This document shows, in pieces, positions 1 through 13,305 of a stretch of DNA of 64,000 nucleotides. A model generated the notes under the pieces. That model was given only the letters and a program-made list of their open reading frames with translations. It searched no databases and had not been told where the DNA came from. Position 1 is the stretch's first letter. The number at the start of each line of letters is the position of its first letter. The position numbers were made by a program, and so were the translations under genes. The stretch covers positions 123,132,001 through 123,196,000 of the forward strand of contig OX597817.1 of assembly GCA_951406725.2 (NCBI GenBank). The letters are read 5' to 3'. This stretch comes from Octopus vulgaris. Lineage: Eukaryota.

Positions 1-1290
1 TGGTTGTTGGTGTGTGTATATGTGTGTATGTGTGTGTGTGTGTTTGTGTGTATGTGTTTGCGATGCATTGAATACTCGAACGTGTTCTATTTTTATTTTG
101 TTATCGAGTTTATTTTTTCCATATTTTCGCATAAGACCATTGCAGTTGTTGCAACACCAAACCTTTAAAATCCATCTTCCATATTCCTAGATTTTCACAA
201 TAGCATCGCCAAAGTGATGTGGGATGGTATATTTTGCTGTCTCCATAGTAGGCAGTGATTTGTCATTTAACAGTGTATTTTTCTTCGAAAGAATCCTATA
301 GGACATAGATTTGTTACTTACTACTGTTTTCCTTTACACTTATGTCTTGCTTGTGTGGCATATTGGCATACAATTATTCTTCGTTGTAAGAGCATGGCAA
401 GCCACTACTATAGTATCGTATTTGTGTGGCTGATATAACAGTTAGAGTCGGGAAGTTTATAACTTTCAACTCTACAATCGAGTTTATAAATCTCATTAGT
501 CATTAGTAGCTTGTTAATTGTTTTTAAATGCTTTCTGATTCGTGCCTTTTCTATCTTAAAGTCTTTGCAATATGTCATTAGTGTATTCATATCCGTATTT
601 ATTTTATAGGTGCTTATTTTTGATAATGCATGATGAAGCATTCATTTCTTTAATAATTAGTATGCATATGATTTATATAATACTTCAAGTGTTTGTATGT
701 TTGATAAGTGTGATATGTGGTATATTTGTTGCTGTATATTTCTTATAACTATATGGTGCTTAGTTTACTCATTTCTTAGAATACCGACGTGATTTATGAA
801 ATTGATTGCAAATGTGAAAGCTATAAACTTCACAATTAACACATGTACAACACACTATCTCCCGTTCCCCATGCACATAGAACGAGGAGCAATATGAAAT
901 TCATTACATCACGCATACTAAAGAAAATCAACATTGTTAAACATTAATGGGTAAACATTTGTACTCTGTAGAATTTCCCACAAAAATAGAGGGTTAATGA
1001 TGGAAACAATACCTATATTACAGCACTGTACTACAACAAACCTACAATTCAAAACAATATATCTAGCAGTCGATATCGAGATACCGAGGGAAGACTATAC
1101 ATCAGTCCTGTCAGCTCCATTTAGTATGAGGAGACAAAGAGCATATCATCACAGTGATGTGCCTGTGAAGAAGTAGAAAACTTAAAGCTTGAATTTGAAA
1201 TTACATTTTTACAAACAAAGCGCAAGGAACTGATAAGAAAATGTAACAAAAGATAATTGATAATTAAAGATTAAACTACACAACAGCCAC

Positions 1291-1669
1291 ATCGTTCTAG
1301 GTTCACTCTCACTGCGTGCTACTTAGGCAATTGTCTTCTATTACAGTCTCGGGCTGACCAGAGCTTTGTGAGTGGATTTGGTAGACGGAAACTGAAAGAA
1401 GACCGTCGTATATGTGTATGTCTGTGTGCGTGTGTGTGTATGTATACACATGATTGTGTGTCTTTGTGTCCGCGTTTGTCCCCCCACCATCGCTGCAGAA
1501 GCGATGTTGCTGTGCTTGCGTCCCCGTTACTTAGCAGTTCGGCAAAAGACATCGATAGAATAAGTACCAGGCTAACAAAGAATAAAGCCTGGGATCGATT
1601 TGTTCAACTAAAGGCGGTGCTCCAGCATGGCTGCAGTCAAACGACTGAAACAAATTGAAGAATAAAAGA

Positions 1670-1670
<1 letters not shown>
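1291..1670 (+). mobile_element. tRNA-derived SINE, family A (5'-truncated), with internal TG/TA microsatellite
   Basis: Matches the full copy at 25116-25538 (GTGAGTGGATTTGGTAGACGGAAACTGAAAGAAG; AAGGCGGTGCTCCAGCATGG). Confidence 0.85.
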
Positions 1671-1700
<30 letters not shown>

Positions 1701-1770
1701 TAGGGCTATTTCTCCTGCCCAATAACTTTCTCCCTCTCTCTCACTTTCTCTGTATACGTGTATGTATATA

Positions 1771-1932
1771 GGCGCAAGCGTGACTGTGTGCTAAGAAGCT
1801 TGCTTCCCAACCACATGGTCCCGGATTCAGTCCCACTGCGTGGTACCTTAGGCAAGTGTCCTCAACTATAGCCTCCAGCAGACCAAAGCCTTGTGAATGG
1901 ATTTGGAGGGCGGAAACTGAAAGAAGCTCGTC
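1771..1932 (+). mobile_element. SINE family A, 5' half (3' half appears to resume at ~7630)
   Basis: GGCGCAAGCGTGACTGTGTG...TTCAGTCCCACTGCGTGG...CTGAAAGAAGCTCGTC, then (TA)n. Confidence 0.85.
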
Positions 1933-1951
1933 ATATATATATATGAATATA

Positions 1952-1996
<45 letters not shown>

Positions 1997-2199
1997 TCAA
2001 TATAGGGTGGCAAAAAAAATTTTGTAGAATTTTTTTGCCACCAGCGGCCTAGTGGGAGAAAAATTAAATAGTCATAGACCATTTATAAGTTCAACATCGA
2101 TAAATTTGGCGCGAGTCCGATGATTTGAAAATTTTAGGTCAGATATTGCCGAGGCAGGGACAGAAGTGCCTCGTGAAAATATCTGTTCCGATCTGGCTA

Positions 2200-2304
2200 T
2201 TTCTTACTGACGAATCTAAGGGCCTATGGAAGATTGGCTTGATTTAATTTAATCAGGTTAGTTTACCATTAAACAATAGATGAAACGGTGCATCGTATAA
2301 GAAA
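2200..2304 (+). ncRNA. Type I hammerhead ribozyme, copy 1
   Basis: Stem I TTTCTTA(2200-2206)/TAAGAAA(2298-2304); core CTGACGA 2207-2213; stem II ATCTA...TAGAT closing a long G-U-rich hairpin; GAAA 2282-2285; stem III CGG-TGCA-TCG; cleavage triplet GTA, cut predicted after 2297. Confidence 0.88.
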
Positions 2305-2688
2305 TTACAGGGTAAATGTTTTTTTAATTTTCTCCTGGTTTGCGGAATTAATGCTATTTTGCGGTTGAAGCTTTGGCTGTTATTTCTAGTGGGTGAATGG
2401 CCTATTATGGCCGTTCCTTGATTGTGATGTTGAACTTATAAATGGTCTATGACTATTTAATTTTTTCCCACTAGGCAGCTGGTGGCAAAAAAATTCTACA
2501 AATTTTTTTTGCCACCCTATATTGATTAATTATGAATTTTCTGGTTGATTCCGTAATAGAATCGGCGGCTTATATATATTTGCTGCCGATAAATTTGGCG
2601 CGAGTACGATGATTTGAAAATTTTAGGTCAGATATTGCCGAGGCAGGGACAGAAGTGCCTCGTGAAAATATCTGTTCCGATCTGGCTA

Positions 2689-2793
2689 TTTCTTACTGAC
2701 GAATCTAAGGGCCTATGGAAGATTGGCTTGATTTAATTTAATCAGGTTAGTTTACCATTAAACAATAGATGAAACGGTGCATCGTATAAGAAA
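2689..2793 (+). ncRNA. Type I hammerhead ribozyme, copy 2
   Basis: Same motif as copy 1, offset by one unit. Confidence 0.87.
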
Positions 2794-3177
2794 TTACAGG
2801 GTAAATGTTTTTTTAATTTTCTCCTGGTTTGCGGAATTAATGTTATTTTGCGGTTGAAGCTTTGGCTGTTATTTCTAGTGGGTGAATGGCCTATTATGGC
2901 CGTTCCTTGATTGTGATGTTGAACTTATAAATGGTCTACGAAAATTTAATTTTTTTCCACTAGGCCGCTGGTGGCAAAAAAATTCTACAAAATTTTTTTG
3001 CCACCATATATTGATTAATTATGAATTTTCTGGTTGATTCCGTAATGGAATCGGCGGCTTATATTTATTTGCTGCCGATAAATTTGGCGCGAGTACGATG
3101 ATTTGAAAATTTTAGGTCAGATATTGCCGAGGCAGGGACAGAAGTGCCTCGTGAAAATATCTGTTCCGATCTGGCTA

Positions 3178-3282
3178 TTTCTTACTGACGAATCTAAGGG
3201 CCTATGGAAGATTGGCTTGATTTAATTTAATCAGGTTAGTTTACCATTAAACAATAGATGAAACGGTGCATCGTATAAGAAA
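3178..3282 (+). ncRNA. Type I hammerhead ribozyme, copy 3
   Basis: Same motif as copy 1. Confidence 0.87.
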
Positions 3283-3667
3283 TTACAGGGTAAATGTTTT
3301 TTTAATTTTCTCCTGGTTTGCGGAATTAATGCTATTTTGCGGTTGAAGCTTTGGCTGTTATTTCTAGTGGGTGAATGGCCTATTATGGCCGTTCCTTGAT
3401 TGTGATGTTGAACTTATAAATGGTCTATGACTATTTAATTTTTTCCCACTAGGCCGCTGGTGGCAAAAAAATTCTACAAAATTTTTTTTGCCACCCTATA
3501 TTGATTAATTATGAATTTTCTGGTTGATTCCGTAATGGAATCGGCGGCTTATATTTATTTGCTGCCGATAAATTTGGCGCGAGTGCGATGATTTGAAAAT
3601 TTTAGGTCAGATATTGCCGAGGCAGGGACAGAAATGCCTCGTGAAAATATCTGTTCCGATCTGGCTA

Positions 3668-3772
3668 TTTCTTACTGACGAATCTAAGGGCCTATGGAAG
3701 ATTGGCTTGATTTAATTTAATCAGGTTAGTTTACCATTAAACAATAGATGAAACGGTGCATCGTATAAGAAA
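3668..3772 (+). ncRNA. Type I hammerhead ribozyme, copy 4
   Basis: Same motif as copy 1. Confidence 0.87.
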
Positions 3773-4156
3773 TTACAGGGTAAATGTTTTTTTAATTTTC
3801 TCCTGGTTTGCGGAATTAATGTTATTTTGCGGTTGGAGCTTTGGCTGTTATTTCTAGTGGGTGAATGGCCTATTATGGCCGTTCCTTGATTGTGATGTTG
3901 AACTTATAAATGGTCTATGACTATTTAATTTTTTCCCACTAGGCAGCTGGTGGCAAAAAAATTCTACAAAATTTTTTTGCCACCCTATATTGATTAATTA
4001 TGAATTTTCTGGTTGATTCCATAATGGAATCGGCGGCTTATATTTATTTGCTGCCGATAAATTTGGCGCGAGTGCGATGATTTGAAAATTTTAGGTCAGA
4101 TATTGCCGAGGCGGGGACAGAAGTGCCTCGTGAAAATATCTGTTCCGATCTGGCTA

Positions 4157-4261
4157 TTTCTTACTGACGAATCTAAGGGCCTATGGAAGATTGGCTTGAT
4201 TTAATTTAATCAGGTTAGTTTACCATTAAACAATTGATGAAACGGTGCATCGTATAAGACA
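4157..4261 (+). ncRNA. Type I hammerhead ribozyme, copy 5 (two stem mismatches)
   Basis: Core intact, but stem II TAGAT>TTGAT and stem I TAAGAAA>TAAGACA. Confidence 0.78.
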
Positions 4262-4646
4262 TTACAGGGTAAATGTTTTTTTAATTTTCTCCTGGTTTGC
4301 GGAATTAATGTTATTTTGCGGTTGAAGCTTTGGCTGTTATTTCTAGTGGGTGAATGGCCTATTATGGCCGTTCCTTGATTGTGATGTTGAACTTATAAAT
4401 GGTCTATGACTATTTAATTTTTTCCCACTAGGCCGCTGGTGGCAAAAAATTCTACAAAATTTTTTTTTGCCACCCTATATTGATTAATTATGAATTTTCT
4501 GGTTGATTCCGTAATGGAATCGGCGGCTTATATTTATTTGCTGCCGATAAATTTGGCGCGAGTGCGATGATTTGAAAATTTTAGGTCAGATATTGCCGAG
4601 GCAGGGACAGAAGTGCCTCGTGAAAATATCTGTTCCGATCTGGCTA

Positions 4647-4751
4647 TTTCTTACTGACGAATCTAAGGGCCTATGGAAGATTGGCTTGATTTAATTTAAT
4701 CAGGTTAGTTTACCATTAAACAATAGATGAAACGGTGCATCGTATAAGAAA
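4647..4751 (+). ncRNA. Type I hammerhead ribozyme, copy 6
   Basis: Same motif as copy 1. Confidence 0.87.
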
Positions 4752-5135
4752 TTACAGGGTAAATGTTTTTTTAATTTTCTCCTGGTTTGCGGAATTAATG
4801 TTATTTTGCGGTTGGAGCTTTGGCTGTTATTTCTAGTGGGTGAATGGCCTATTATGGCCGTTCCTTGATTGTGATGTTGAACTTATAAATGGTCTATGAC
4901 TATTTAATTTTTTCCCACTAGGCAGCTGGTGGCAAAAAAATTCTACAAAATTTTTTTGCCACCCTATATTGATTAATTATGAATTTTCTGGTTGATTCCG
5001 TAATGGAATCGGCGGCTTATATTTATTTGCTGCCGATAAATTTGGCGCGAGTGCGATGATTTGAAAATTTTAGGTCAGATATTGCCGAGGCAGGGACAGA
5101 AGTGCCTCGTGAAAATATCTGTTCCGATCTGGCTA

Positions 5136-5240
5136 TTTCTTACTGACGAATCTAAGGGCCTATGGAAGATTGGCTTGATTTAATTTAATCAGGTTAGTTT
5201 ACCATTAAACAATAGATGAAACGGTGCATCGTATAAGAAA
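5136..5240 (+). ncRNA. Type I hammerhead ribozyme, copy 7
   Basis: Same motif as copy 1. Confidence 0.87.
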
Positions 5241-5625
5241 TTACAGGGTAAATGTTTTTTTAATTTTCTCCTGGTTTGCGGAATTAATGTTATTTTGCGG
5301 TTGAAGCTTTGGCTGTTATTTCTAGTGGGTGAATGGCCTATTATGGCCGTTCCTTGATTGTGATGTTGAACTTATAAATGGTCTACGAAAATTTAATTTT
5401 TTTCCACTAGGCCGCTGGTGGCAAAAAAATTCTACAAAATTTTTTTTGCCACCATATATTGATTAATTATGAATTTTCTGGTTGATTCCGTAATGGAATC
5501 GGCGGCTTATATTTATTTGCTGCCGATAAATTTGGCGCGAGTGCGATGATTTGAAAATTTTAGGTCAGATATTGCCGAGGCAGGGACAGAAGTGCCTCGT
5601 GAAAATATCTGTTCCGATCTGGCTA

Positions 5626-5730
5626 TTTCTTACTGACGAATCTAAGGGCCTATGGAAGATTGGCTTGATTTAATTTAATCAGGTTAGTTTACCATTAAAC
5701 AATAGATGAAACGGTGCATCGTATAAGAAA
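5626..5730 (+). ncRNA. Type I hammerhead ribozyme, copy 8 (in partial last unit)
   Basis: Same motif as copy 1. Confidence 0.87.
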
Positions 5731-5848
5731 TTACAGGGTAAATTTTTTTAAATTTTCTCCTGGTTTGCGGAATTAATGTTATTTTGCGGTTGAAGCTTTG
5801 GCTGTTATTTCTAATGGGTGAATGGCCTATTATGGCCGTTCCTTGATT

Positions 5849-5905
<57 letters not shown>

Positions 5906-5942
5906 AAGTTGAGTCGTGGGGTATCGCACGAGTGGAATTATA

Positions 5943-7566
<1,624 letters not shown>

Positions 7567-7629
7567 ATATATGTATATATATATGTATGTATATACGTAT
7601 ATAGAAATATGTGTGTGTAATATATATAT

Positions 7630-7952
7630 GTTTGTGTGTCTGTGTTTGTCTCCTCACCATCACTTGAAAACTGGTGTTGGTGTGTTTACGTGTCCTTAAC
7701 TTAGCCAAAGACACCTATTCTTTTACTTGTTTCAGTCATTTGACTGTTGGTGCTGAATGAACTGGACGAATGAAAAATAAAGTGACTTTTACCACTTTAT
7801 GATTGAGACCACTCGTCTGCCTTTCACTTTTACACTCTCGCTCTTCTGCTACAAAGAAGGTTTACAAAGAATAAGGCATGGGGGTCGATTTTTTCGACTA
7901 AAAACGATGCTCCAGCATGGCCGCAGTCAATGACTGATACAAGTAAAAGAAT
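7630..7952 (+). mobile_element. SINE family A 3' half (rearranged, with other SINE fragments)
   Basis: TGTCTCCTCACCATCACTTGA...CTGGTGTTGGTGTGTTTACG; GCTCCAGCATGGCCGCAGTCAATGACTGATACAAGTAAAAGA. Confidence 0.7.
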
Positions 7953-7959
7953 AATATAT

Positions 7960-8610
7960 ATATGCAGGCGAGTACACTATGCAGACGAGGAGGTGGCTTG
8001 ATCCTTAGATCATTCAAAAACAGAAGGAAATTTGCCCTCGGTAGTTACTGCTCCCAAATGTGGCCGCCGCAGATCGTCAAATTGGTGGCCGAGCTTGAGG
8101 CTATCCAGCCCCACTGCACAAAGAATATTGACCCAGTGAAACAGATGCGCTACTGGGAGAGGCCACAAGAACTGATGCTCTAATCCCTGGAGAGAAGGCG
8201 AGAAAGGTTTGCAGTGATATACATATGTAAGACCCCGGAACGTCTAGCTCCCAAATTTGGAATTAATAGCTATACCAACCACCGAAGTGGTCGGTACTGC
8301 ATAATACCAAAGACAAGGACCCAGTATTGCAATAGCTTGGGTTTCATGGGACTACGTCTGTTAAACAACCTGCCAAGAGATATGCAAGGTGTAGATGTGG
8401 AAACGTTAAATAATTACCTGGACAAATTACTATCCGAAATCCCACATGAGCCTAATTCGCGGCAGGAGGGCAAAGAAGAGCAACTTCGTTTACTTCACTT
8501 CTTCATCAAAAACAGTACCGAACGGAGACCCCAAAACACTGAAAGGCGGTGGTTCAGCTTGGCTCCAGTCTCTGGCTGAAACCGGTGCAGGAATGAAAGA
8601 ATAAAAAAAA
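7960..8610 (+). mobile_element. CR1/L2-group LINE 3' fragment (degenerate post-RT region)
   Basis: Broken ORFs read YCSQMWPP..LEAIQ..TK.I..M.YWER..L.SLERRRER..IY..K and GLRLLNNLP..LDKLL..IPHEP, typical of a CR1-group ORF2 C-terminus. Confidence 0.75.
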
Positions 8611-11007
8611 GAGTATGTATGTGTAAATATATACGCAATAATAAATCTCTGAACGAGGTATAGACAGTAACTGCACGACAATGTGAAGTATATTTGCCAA
8701 CTGAATATGGCTAACCACTAAGGGTGGATGTTACTGTAACTTGTAGCCTCAGGCGAATATCTTCTCCAGCTGGCTATTGACACACTTTGTGTGCCCTTGA
8801 CACACTTTGTGTGCACTTTGTGTGCACTTTGTGTGCCATTTGCAAAGGGAGGTCATCCTTTCTTCGTCAACTTAAGATATATATATATACATGTATAAGT
8901 ATATACATAAACATATGCATGTGTGTGTGTGTGTGTGTGTATGAAAATAAACCCTGGACATTACAGTCTCGAGTCCTAGACTTCACAGAGGCCGGTTACC
9001 CAGTTTTCGGGGCATAAAGTGACCAAGCTGGTGCTGAATGAACTGGACGAATGAAAAATAAAGAGACTTGTTTAAAAGTGCAACACCATAACCATTAAGC
9101 TGTTCGCGTTTACACGCACATATTTGTTGTATACATACATATACATATATATGTATACACATATACACACACAAATGTGTGTTTGTGCGTGTGTGTAACA
9201 TATACTAGTCAGCTTGCTCTCTGAAGTAGAGTTTCCATCTTTCTTTAGATTATTCTACTAGTTTACTCCTCAGCAGCCCTGTATATCTGGGTGTACACAC
9301 TCACATACATTTATATGAATATTTAATATAGGTGTAAATGTTGATGTAGCGCCTATTATATAACTAACAGGATTATGAAACAGCTGTAAGCGAAAGGAAA
9401 AAGCGTGTTTTCTCTAACTCACATCTCTTATCTGTTCTATTCATACGTACATACAGATAGACAAACATATGCATACATATAAATACATACAAATACACAT
9501 ACATATAGACATACGTACGTACCAACGTACGTATGTACGTATGCATGTACGTATGAATGTATGTATGCAGGTATATCTTTATGTATGTACGTTTGGATGC
9601 ATATTCAGAATGCGTATATATATACATACACACACACACATATACATACATACATATGCAAATACATATGTTTATGTGTATATATGTATATGTATGTGTA
9701 TATATATATATGTATATATATATACGCATATATGTATATATACACATGCATACATATACCTATGCATATATATGTATATATTTATGTGTGTGTGCTTGCG
9801 TGTGTGTGTATTTCTTTATTTATGTGTGTATGATATATCCCGTAGCATGTAGAAACCACTTCTCATTTATTTATTTATTTATTCATCTATTCATCATATC
9901 ATAACATGCAGCAGATACAATACGAAATTCGTTTTAAAACTAAAAGAAAAAAAAAAACAACCCAGACATTTAAAAATATAAATAATAATAAAAACCAAAA
10001 TAGTCATAATGACATATTTGGTTTCTGGAAACTTTTCTCAATTGTACAACTGCTATTGATTGCTGTAAGCTACAATTGGTAATTAGTTCCAGTTTTTGCT
10101 ACCAGCTCAACAAACAGGCTTTTAATAATTCATTTCTGCAGCTTTTCATTCATTGAAGTTTACTTTAGCAATGTAATTAGTTTCTCAATTTCACAAAGTT
10201 CTTAATGTCTTGGGTATCCTTCTTGCTCCTACTTACAGAAGTCAATAGATGCAGGCTTGATAAATAAGAATTTCTAATGAAGGCAACAGCGAAAGTAATA
10301 ATTATGTCTGAAATGCAATCTGGATTGTTGGGTAGCAAGGAAGTTTTCATTTAGTATGGTATATTACACACATTAATCAATGATAAGCAGAATCTGTCGG
10401 TGTTGTTATGCTTCCCCATATTTGTTTAGTGCTTAGTATTTAGTGTTAAGCGTTCTACTCATTCAAACCAACTGTGTTATTTTCGAGTATCGCTTATCTG
10501 GTTCAATACTATCCAGTTTATAGTTTATTTTTCAAAGAGAAAAAAATTTAATTTGATGGAGATATGTGCTATTTCTAGCAATTTAAACGACTAGGTAGAG
10601 GCACTCACATTGAATCATGTTAAACAGAAGTTATATTTGGATATATTTTTCTTTTTAAACAATTTCCCTCTAAGTTTTAAACTGTTAATAACGATTATCA
10701 TTTCCTGTCGTCTGTTTTACTCTCTAGTCCATCCCATGGGTAAGTTACTTCCTTGCAATTCGCTTGTAAGACAGTAGACCATGTAATCCTTGACCAGACT
10801 CGTCAACTTTTGAGTTCAAAAAGCAGTTGATATAGATAAATCCTTAGCTAAAGGTCTGTTTTGCTGATCGTAGGTAAAAAATGAATGCGAGAGTTTTCTA
10901 TGTAATTGCCTAAGACAGCTGGAACATACTTAATATGGTCCTGGTAGAACCACTGGAATCTGCTCTACAGAAATGGACCGTTTAAAACTTCGACTTGAGC
11001 CGTCTGA

Positions 11008-11044
<37 letters not shown>

Positions 11045-11592
11045 GGTGTGTGTGTGTGTGTTTGTGTGTTTGTGTGTGTGTGTGTGCGTGTGTGTGTGTG
11101 TAAATAGATAGATATAGATATATAAATATTGTATGTATATATGTGTGTGTATATATATAAATATGTGTGTATACACACACACACACACACGTGAACGTTG
11201 AACGACGAGAATGGGCCATCAACACTTCATTGGTGGATAAAATTTCTTTATTTGTATATTAAAGATACTATTGGTTTCATGTTAAGAAACTTATCGTAAT
11301 ATTAAAAAATGTTTTCAAGCCGATCACGTATTGAATATATATGTATGTATGTATAAATATATGAGTACACACATACACACACACATATATATATATGCAT
11401 AATATATGTAAGTATGTTAATGCGTGTTTTTATGTTAATACGTATTTATGTTTAGTTATATTAAAAACCAAATTTTGATTAATCTGAGGAGTTACTCTAA
11501 ACTTTTGTACAGGTCAAGTTTTTTATGGAGCAAGAATATCGCTGACAGTCCGACAATAGCATTACTGGCTAAAATTTCGAAGTCACAGTCAA

Positions 11593-11820
11593 CGGTGAGC
11601 TGGCAGACACGTTAGCGCGCCGGGCGAAATGCTTAGCGGTATTTCGTCTGTCGTTACATTCTGAGTTCAAATTCCGCCGAGGTCGACTTTGCCTTTCATC
11701 CTTTCGGGGTCGATAAATTAAGTACCAGTTTCGCACTCGGGTCGATGTAATCGACTTAATCCCCCTTTCTGTCCTTGTTTGTCCTCTCTATGTTTAGCCC
11801 CTTGTGGGTAGTAAAGAAGC
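11593..11820 (+). mobile_element. SINE family B (tRNA-like head, Meta-domain-like centre)
   Basis: GAGTTCAAATTCC B-box-like; GCCTTTCATCCTTTCGGGGTCGATAAATTAAGTACCA; many further copies in the window. Confidence 0.8.
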
Positions 11821-12997
11821 AATTATTCATGTTTAAGAATAAATATATATATATGTATGTATGCATATATATTTATATATGTATGCATGTATGTGTGTGT
11901 CTGCGTGTATGTGTGCATGAAGAAAGAAAGAGAGAGAGAGAGAGAAAATCAGGTAGTAAAAACAGGAACACACTAAACACCTAAGTGTGTATAAAATTAT
12001 TTATGCCAAATCGGCAGAAGTTAAAAACGAGTCAAGGGCCGAGAATTTCGTGCATGCCACTGAACCGCTTGATAAGTGCCATGCCCGAAACTTTAGGCCC
12101 TCGAGTAACTTTGTAATATCTACTGAATAAAAATAGAAAATCATACAGAAATGCATCTGTATATATATATATATATATATATACTTCGGGTATTTTCCCG
12201 TAATTTACTGAGCACACGCCGCTAATAGATCTTCAGTAGATAGAGATGGAACCCTGAAATCTGCAAAATTATCCCGATTGCTTCATAGAAAAAGGGCAAG
12301 TAATTGAAAAGCGACAGAGATGGAAGTCTTATTTTAAAACACCTATGAAATTGATCCGTTTGTTATTAGAACATTCATTCTCTTTCTTCTATAGTTACAT
12401 AAGATGCTGTTCTTGAATCTCAGAGAAATATATCTTCCTATTATAGGATTTTGGAATTTCGAATAAAATTTCGGAATTGGTCAATCCTTACAAATGCTTT
12501 TATGAACATGCATTGATAAATTTCCTACTACTATCGCGATAAAATAAATTATTTCCTACACTATTAATCTTCCATAGAATGAAAAATGGTAATATGAAAG
12601 GAAGTGGTAACTCGTTTATCCGTCAGCATTAAATCAAACTTCATTAACAGTAACCACTTTGCTTGAGTTTGACTGTTTAAGGTGTATGACATTGAAGATA
12701 TAATAAAACAATCTGTTGTTTTTGCAAATAAGTAGATAATTTTATCGTATATTCTGCGTATGACAGCTGAGTGTGTAACGCATTTCATAGCAGCTTTAGG
12801 TCAACGAACTTATGTCCTTGGTTTTGTCGCAACAGGTCATTTGGAGGCAATGAAATATAAATCACTAACAATATGCTAATGGGCCAAAACGTTATCTCAT
12901 TTTTCTGGTGCAAATGATGTCAGAAACGTTCACACTGCCTTTCCAATTTATAAAAAGCAACCATACTAACAATAAATAAATGAATAAATAAAACACA

Positions 12998-13305
12998 ACC
13001 CCCTGCCTTTGGTCATGAATGACCATGGGATTGCACCTAGAAAGTTACCCTCTGAGGAACATGTCCGGGTAAAGTTGTTTGTGGAAGGCCAGCAGTCGCT
13101 CATGCATACCTGCCTCCCCTCTCCACATCACTGATGCATTTTGGCACCAGTGATGTCGAAACTCATTTCTACAGCTGAGTGAACTGGAGCAACGTGAAAT
13201 AAAGTGTCTTGCTCAAAAACACAACACGCAGTCCGGTCCGGGAATCGAACTCACAACCTCACAATTGTAAGATCCACGCTCTAACCACTGAGCCATGCGA
13301 CTTCA
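12998..13305 (-). mobile_element. SINE family C (tRNA head + CORE-like domain)
   Basis: Minus strand TGGCTCAGTGGTTAGAGC (A box), GAGTTCGATTCCC (B box), TTGAGCAAGACACTTTAT; related pieces at 30474-30665 and 36835-37030. Confidence 0.8.

Larger units (their letters stand above)
1991..5853 (+). repeat. Tandem array of 489-490 bp units (7 full + partial 8th), each with a hammerhead ribozyme; retrozyme/Penelope-pLTR-like; preceded by a 108-bp inverted piece
   Basis: Unit marker GATAAATTTGGCGCGAG recurs at 2099, 2588, 3077, 3567, 4056, 4546, 5035 and 5525; units differ by only a few substitutions/indels; 1991-2098 is the reverse complement of unit segment 2426-2531; both ends abut (TA)n. Confidence 0.95.

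Noticed and set aside
408-641. 77-aa ORF as a gene
   Set aside because: No recognisable motif; possibly a decayed retroelement N-terminus but not supportable
2099-5853. CRISPR-like or plain satellite interpretation of the array
   Set aside because: No unique spacers, units are ~489 bp and the context is eukaryotic; a plain satellite does not explain the complete hammerhead motif
10569-10580. GCTATTTCTAGC is the reverse complement of the Cas9 sgRNA tetraloop GCTAGAAATAGC
   Set aside because: 12-bp match only, no other scaffold sequence; part of a native dispersed motif
11000-11009. GCCGTCTGAA (Neisseria DNA uptake sequence)
   Set aside because: Single chance 10-mer in eukaryotic DNA
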